A stretch of 63,484 nucleotides of DNA, the filler included, from Craspedostauros australis (lineage: Eukaryota): NCBI GenBank assembly GCA_030167865.1. It is 8 parts of 8 records of this genome, joined end to end, with 100 filler letters (N's around TTAATTAATTAA, not from the genome) between each part and the next. Parts side by side here need not be neighbours in the genome. Positions count along the whole stretch, not along the records: positions 57,004 to 63,484 come from JALAGF010001837.1; 7 more parts are not named here. One strand, 5' to 3'. The notes below the pieces were generated by a model. That model was given only the letters and a program-made list of their open reading frames with translations, did not search any database and was not told the origin of the DNA. This document shows, piece by piece, positions 57,342-63,484 of the stretch. Every line of letters starts with the position of its first letter. Position 1 is the stretch's first letter. Position numbers and translations under genes: made by a program.

Positions 57342-59753
57342 ATGACATTCCTGGACACAGTACTACTACCACAGAGAAGAGCAAAGCGCCCGTGCCCGTA
57401 CTGTACCGCACCACACACACGAACCCTCTACTCCACACCGCCTGTACCCAGCGATACTTGGCGCGATGCGATGCGGTGCAAGTGCGAGAATTCGTGGATG
57501 TTGCCAACGTGAGAGGAGCGCGAAGGCTTGTGCTGGACACCCCGCACAAAACCATGCACAACACGCGCAAAGGTACTTGTGACTTCCTCCAAATAAAAAT
57601 CGATGACTCCCTCAAAACTATTCGTATGTACGATCGACATAACACCTGAAAGATCACACGTTCGCAGCTTGTTAGGAGAACGCACTTTCCACAAAAATGA
57701 CTCACCAGCGGCCAAATGGGTGGTGTTGTGGCCTCCTGTGATCTCCTGTGGTCTGTTGTGATCGACAGAGACAGAGAGACAGGGAGATCTTGGGCGAGTA
57801 ATACTCTATGGAGAAGATTCTCTCTCTAGCACTAGCAAACTCCAATCGCGGAGGTATCATAACGGTGCATGAGATGCTATCATGCATTCTGTAATATAAT
57901 ACGAGAGTACAAGTATGTGCAAGCGCTTTGTTTGCGTCCAGCGTACGTGCCATACGAATTGATGAGGGAGACCCACGAGGGAAATCATGTTGCTCAGGTG
58001 ATCGAGAGAGAGAGAGAGAAAGGTAGCCGTCCTCATAGCATCTGCGCGCTCCGCTCCTGCCCGATTCAAGTTTTGGTCCCCAACGTTACATCTTCATCAT
58101 GATGCTGGAGTATCAAGTTAGTGCTACAAGCAGGTGTGTGCGTATAAATCTCCGTCTCTGGAATGGTCGCTGTTCCTGCTGCTGTTGCAAGCATGCCTGT
58201 GTGTTCATGGATATCCCAGTTTCAGACTATTATATATAATACAATACATTATTCCACAAGTATATATAGTATTATATGAAGATGCCAAATCAGTTCTGCA
58301 GAGCAAAAGACGAGTGTGCCACAGTGCGATACGCTATTGAACGAGCAGAACATGATAGAGTAATCCACGTCAACCATGGTAGCCAGACATAGGAGAAGCA
58401 AGAGAATACCAAGAAAACGATCATGTTCGTGGAGCCTTCGAGCTCCAGAACTTTGAAAGATCGGACGGGTCCATCCAGTACTCGTCTGCATCCCTCCGCC
58501 ATTTCATCGACTGCACACGAACAACAAAGTCCATTTCTCATCCCACGTGTGTCGGGTTGGTTGTACGAGCACGTGCAGCAGTCGCAAGGGCATCTGTGAA
58601 CGACAACAAACCACCCCTGTTTTCTGCATCGTTGATGGATGAATCGGCGACCATCTTGGAACCTGGAGAATTCGATCGTTGGACGGGAAGATGGGGCAGC
58701 ATGAGCAACATGCCATCCTCGCAAGGAGTGCGAGTCTTCTGTCTTGAGCGGTGCACTCTACTACTTTACTTCGCTTGTGCGTGCGTTTGTAATCATGTGT
58801 GGCTGTGCATTTGCAGCCGAGAAACGGCGAACCGTTTTCATGGGAACGCGAAAGACCAACAACAGTTTTTCGCCACCGAAACGAGAACAGCCTCCAACAA
58901 CGAGACAGCCCCAACATTCGGTCCCACAAACACACACCGTCACACGCACCTCCATCCACGCAGCATCACGCAGAACGGGACGCCACAGGGAATTCCATCG
59001 CATCGAATAGCCCGTATGACCACCGAATTATAGAGGGCAGATACTCTTTGTACGAGGAGCAGTCAGACAGATTCCGTGTGAGAGTCAGCTTGTTTGTGTT
59101 TGCAACATCGTCTCAACAATCCGCAGAGTGTGACAAGCGATGTGTGTACGACTATTAGCAGAGAACCGTACTCACTTCTTCATAAGAATTCGATCCACCA
59201 CAGCTTGCATTGGCAACTGAACAGTGAAGTGGTTGGATGATGATGAGATCGGATGGCAGGCGGGACTTTGCCGCATGCAGGTCGGAAGAATCATCGTTCC
59301 AGCAGCATACGAGTATGGTTGTCACACCGTGGTTTCCGTATTGTAGCCGGGGCGACTCGACGCTGCTCTGCTCTACTCTACTGACAAGTTGACCCTGCTC
59401 TGACGGCAATCCCCACCAGCAATTCCCAACAGCAGGGCATCAATACTCGTTCGGCACATCGGGACACACACGGTCCACTTATCTCCTTATCCATACAGTT
59501 ATGTAGAATAGTCATGTTGTCCCACGAGTTGTGAAGAGCAACAGCATAATGAGTATAGTAGTATGATGTAGAATATTAGTATACAATGCAATAGGAACTA
59601 GAACGCATTGTCATACTTACCAACCCCTCCTTCACTTGATGCCGGCCGCTGAACGAGTGCGAGTGCGAGTACGAGTAGCCCGGATGCTACTCAATGCTCA
59701 ACGGCCAACACTCGACACTCGACACGGCGGGAGACATGTCATGGTGGGCGTGT

Positions 59754-62441
59754 TTAAAAGCTGCACTCGCCCGGGTACACCAAGCGCCACGCGGTCTTCA
59801 TTTGCTGGCAGAGACGTGGATGATTCGCCTCAAACTCCTGCGGGGCCTCGGCGAAGCTCACGATCACGGTGTCCACCGCGCTCAGCACAACGCCCATGGT
59901 GATCCAGGCAAGCGAAAGCCCGATGATTGCGCACATGAAGAAAACGACAATCGCAGCATCAGGCCCAAGACTTGGTGTGGCCCAACCAGTGATGCTGTTC
60001 AGGAGCACGCCCACCAGTCCCGTCAGGGCGCCGATAACCAGGCAAACGAGGAAGAGGACTCTGGCCGCAAGGTTGTCGCTGATGATGGCGGACCATCCTC
60101 TCTCGCGGAACAGATGGACGACCTTGCGGCCGGCGGTGAGGAAGTCGTATCCGTACAGCCCCACGTAGCAAAGCGCCCACTTGTTGAAGTATTCGGCGAT
60201 GTTGGCAATGAGTCTGAGAATGCACTCCACGATGCAGAGCAGGATCTGGTTGCCACGTCCGTTTCGCCTTGCGCTTGCGGCCGCGCTCTCCAACGTGCGG
60301 ATCAACGCAACCAACAAGCTTGCCATGCAGATGCTGCCGAAGGAGTACGTCGTTGCACGACGGAAGCTGTCGCCGATGGCTGGGGACCACATATGGCTCG
60401 CCTCTTGCGGCGCGAACCACCAAGTTCCGATCACTGTTTGTCAGCAATCGTGAGCCGAACGACGTGGATCGAATGATACCATGTCACAGTACCAAACGTT
60501 GCGCGTGGGCGCGTGGGTCCCACCACAGCGATGAAGCGAATTGACGCGAACGCGAACCCCATGCCAAAAGGTGGCCAGTCGTGAGAGCCAAGAGATGACA
60601 CAAGAGAGAGAGAGAGAGAGAGAGGAATCGATACTGTGTGAGTGAACCTCACGAACAACTGCCGCAGGTGGTTCTGTTGGTGTCTGACGAACATCGCATT
60701 GCCTTTCGGGAAATCGCAACTGCGCGAGCAGTTCACAGTGAGGCCGCCATCTCCACTTACCTCCAGCAACGGTAACGTGAACAACATTCTGGTGTCCACA
60801 TACGTCGTTGTGAATGGCATTGTCATCAAAGTTGACGTTGCCAGTATCACCACAGTTGGAATGGTTGGAATGGTTGGCATTGTTGACATTGTCGTCGCAG
60901 TCGTTGCAGTGGTGTGAGACGCGACGGCGTTCAGCGATGTATTGTTGATTCCAGCACAGAGTTCCGTATTTTTGCCGTGCATTACAAGTAAAGACCACGT
61001 GACGATGTTGAAAGACCGCAACGATGGATAACGACGAAAAAGGGGTGGCGTGACAGGTGATGAGTCAGTCTTAGCGATAGACACCGGAAGAGGAACGCTC
61101 ATGTGGAATCCATCCATTCTTCACTTCGTAGCTCCTGGCTGTGTATGCGCAAGCGTTTGGTTTTTGCCGGGATGGATCTTCCAAGTGGGACAGAGCATAC
61201 AGCCAGCTTGTACTCGTAGCAGGGTGCTCAGCGCACTCGGTAAGCTCTGTTTGGCACCACACGCCATTACACAGCACAGTGTGCCCACCCATCCATACAC
61301 GCACAGACACGGATAGATGCAGATGCACAGATGCAGACATGATGCATTTTATGCATGTTCCAAGCATGCCGCACACAAAAGGACGTACCTTGAGCACCTG
61401 TGATGTCCAGTAATGAGAAAAAATGAGCAGGAATATGGAGATGGGATCCATATCACTATCGCAGGTTCCGGTGGATGCGTCGCATTTCGTCTCCTTGAAG
61501 CTGACTCCGACAAAGGCCAGTGCCCAAATCAGCACCCAGAGATTCGCAGCAAATGATACACCGTAGGCGATCATGCAAACGCCGGCGTTGGTTTGGACAG
61601 CTTCCAATCCAGTGGTGAGGTTTGCGGCAGCGAACGGAATGCGGTGCCACACGGAGTAAGCGTAAAGGCACGACATGCCAAGCATGCATAGCCAGAAAAT
61701 ACCCACGAACTGGAGGCCTGCTCCCATGGAGAAAAGGCTGATCACAACCACGAAGGCCATGGCACACGAGGTCACCAACGCGAGCTGGATGAGCTGTTCC
61801 GCAAACTTCGTCATGATGCTGAGCGCCCCCGCGGAAATCGCAACTGCTGCCAGGCTGCTCAAGAGGCAGAGATAAAGCAGACCGGAGAGATGGATGGACC
61901 CGGCGTCGTCACCATTCTCCGTTTTCTCGTCGTCTGGGATTTCCTCGTCGTCGTAGTCGGTCTCGTGGGACAGGCTTGACATTCCCCACGTGAAGGCGAT
62001 GGTTGTTACAATTCCGATATGCACGATGAAGGCCACGGCGAACGGCCAGTCACGGTAAAACGCTGACTGCTGCGCTTCGCCGCGCAGGCCCTGTCCTGGC
62101 TGCAGAGCCATGTCGGAGGCATCCACGATCAAGGCTCCACCGTCCTGAATCCCTGACGACGACCCATCAGCGTGGAAGGTTGTGCCCCCGGATTGCGGGA
62201 ACATGGCCACTGTGGATGACGTGTTTTGCATCGGTATGGTCGGTTGAGAAGACAGCATGACCGATGTCATGTTTGTGGAGCCGGTCATCATGCCAGAGGC
62301 GCCAGCTACACCTGGCTGCATGTATCCCTGCTGCTGCTGCTGCACCGGAGGTTGGTGGATCATGCCGTGAGGTGCCATTGTACCCGCCCCATCCTCAAGC
62401 AGCTTCTCTGAAAGCCCTGGTGTATTGTGTTGCGAAGCCAT
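59754..62441 (-). CDS. Choline transporter-like (CTL/SLC44, Pns1-like) protein; exons 61389-62441, 60761-60788, 59754-60433; 586 aa
   Basis: YRDWPFAVAF, RIPFAAANL, YWTSQVLK|NVVHVTVAG|VIGTWWF, RATTYSFGSICMASL, YFNKWALCYVGLYGYDF, SAVDTVIVSFAEAP. Splice phases are consistent. Confidence 0.92.
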
Positions 62442-63195
62442 GATTGATGTGATGTGATGAATGTGTCTCTTTGCTCCAGTTGCTCTGCTCGCACTCTCTC
62501 TCTCTCTCCTCTTCTGTTCGTGTCGCTCTGTGCTTGACTTTCTGACTTTGGTTCTGCGATTGCTCGTGTGCCGCAGCTGGCTATCTTTCGTGTTCTCCTT
62601 GCTCCAAGGCACGCGTTATCGTTTGTCGAAACGGGACAGCTGCCTCCACACACCGTTGCTTGATGAAGCCGATCCTCTCGTTTGTGACGTGCTGAGATTC
62701 GCCAAGCTCTCTCTTGATTCAATGCGATGCTGTTGACAGATGCTTGCTGATTTGTATCCGTGCGTGGGTATAATATTATAATAGAATACCATACACCACG
62801 AATGCTCCAACTTGGTTTGGTTTGGTTTGGTTCGTGATGAACTGGTGCCTCCTTCCTTCTTCTGTTGTGTTTTGTTTTGTTTTGTTTGGATTTTTCACAG
62901 GTCTTGACACCAGCGTGTGCCACCCCAGGCACGGCGAGCAGTCGTGAAGTCCCAAAACAAGACACGCCAGACATCTCAACGTCCCTGCGGAAAGGATCCC
63001 TGCGCTTCGGTGGGAGACAATTCCACGAATAGACCACTTCGACCAAACAAATGCTGCGAACAAATTAGTCGCTCGAGTCGTACCCACAATTCAGACAGAA
63101 TCCTGGAAAAGGCTATACTAACGGTATAGACACATGCATGGCATGGTACGACCTGCAGAGAATGTAAAATGCACCAAGCCAACAGGCGATAACAC

Positions 63196-63484
63196 TAGTG
63201 CCTCGAAGAGCCGGCTGTAACCAATTTTTTTGGTTACAGTTGGTTACAGTTGGTTACAAGAAAAATGTCGTGTAGATCGTGGTACGATTTCTACGTAAGT
63301 CCCGAACAAAAACAGGCCAAAAACAGCATCAACCAAAGTTAAACTCTCCGGACTTAGCTCATGTGAGTGTTCCTGTACTCGTCTTGCTATTGTAGCATCA
63401 TATAGCGTTTATATATACAATCCTGAAGCTTGGTGTCTGTTGCTCTCTTTCTCGGTGAGCACTGATGTGATCCGTCAAGCACCC
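63196..63484 (+). mobile_element. hAT-like transposon terminus with 10-bp subterminal direct and inverted repeats
   Basis: TAGTGCCTC start; CTGTAACCAA (63215-24) is inverted relative to TTGGTTACAG x2 + TTGGTTACAA (63230-59). Related to the element starting at 19555. Confidence 0.55.

Overview
This is eukaryotic nuclear DNA, most likely from a pennate diatom. The evidence is GT-AG introns, RXL-motif secreted proteins, diatom-type LRR/TPR/STAND families and CoDi-like Copia; the species cannot be determined from the sequence alone. The window is not contiguous. Seven artificial 100-bp spacers (44N-TTAATTAATTAA-44N) join eight separate contigs, so adjacency across a spacer has no biological meaning. 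The short contigs (1-20 kb) hold a secreted Cys/Pro-Ser-rich protein, a TPR-like gene, LRR and STAND-ATPase pseudogenes, a Copia fragment and DNA-transposon ends. The long contigs hold tRNA-Leu(CAG), BRX1, PRIM2, a CAP-C/TPR protein, RPL8, a CRAL-TRIO protein, a mitochondrial helical protein, an SLC1 transporter, a NAK-like pseudokinase, RNase T2, two convergent hybrid histidine kinases and a CTL/SLC44 transporter. The most notable observations are: (1) an unannotated box C/D snoRNA in the BRX1 intron with a 13-nt guide to 18S rRNA; (2) a 1805-aa bacterial-type hybrid histidine kinase whose second PAS domain appears split by an ~820-aa disordered insert, with a tail-to-tail paralogue; (3) three families of DNA-transposon termini recognised by cross-contig comparison; (4) single in-frame stops consistent with methylation-driven pseudogenisation; (5) a 28-nt microexon. 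Family assignments come from motif recognition, not database searches.
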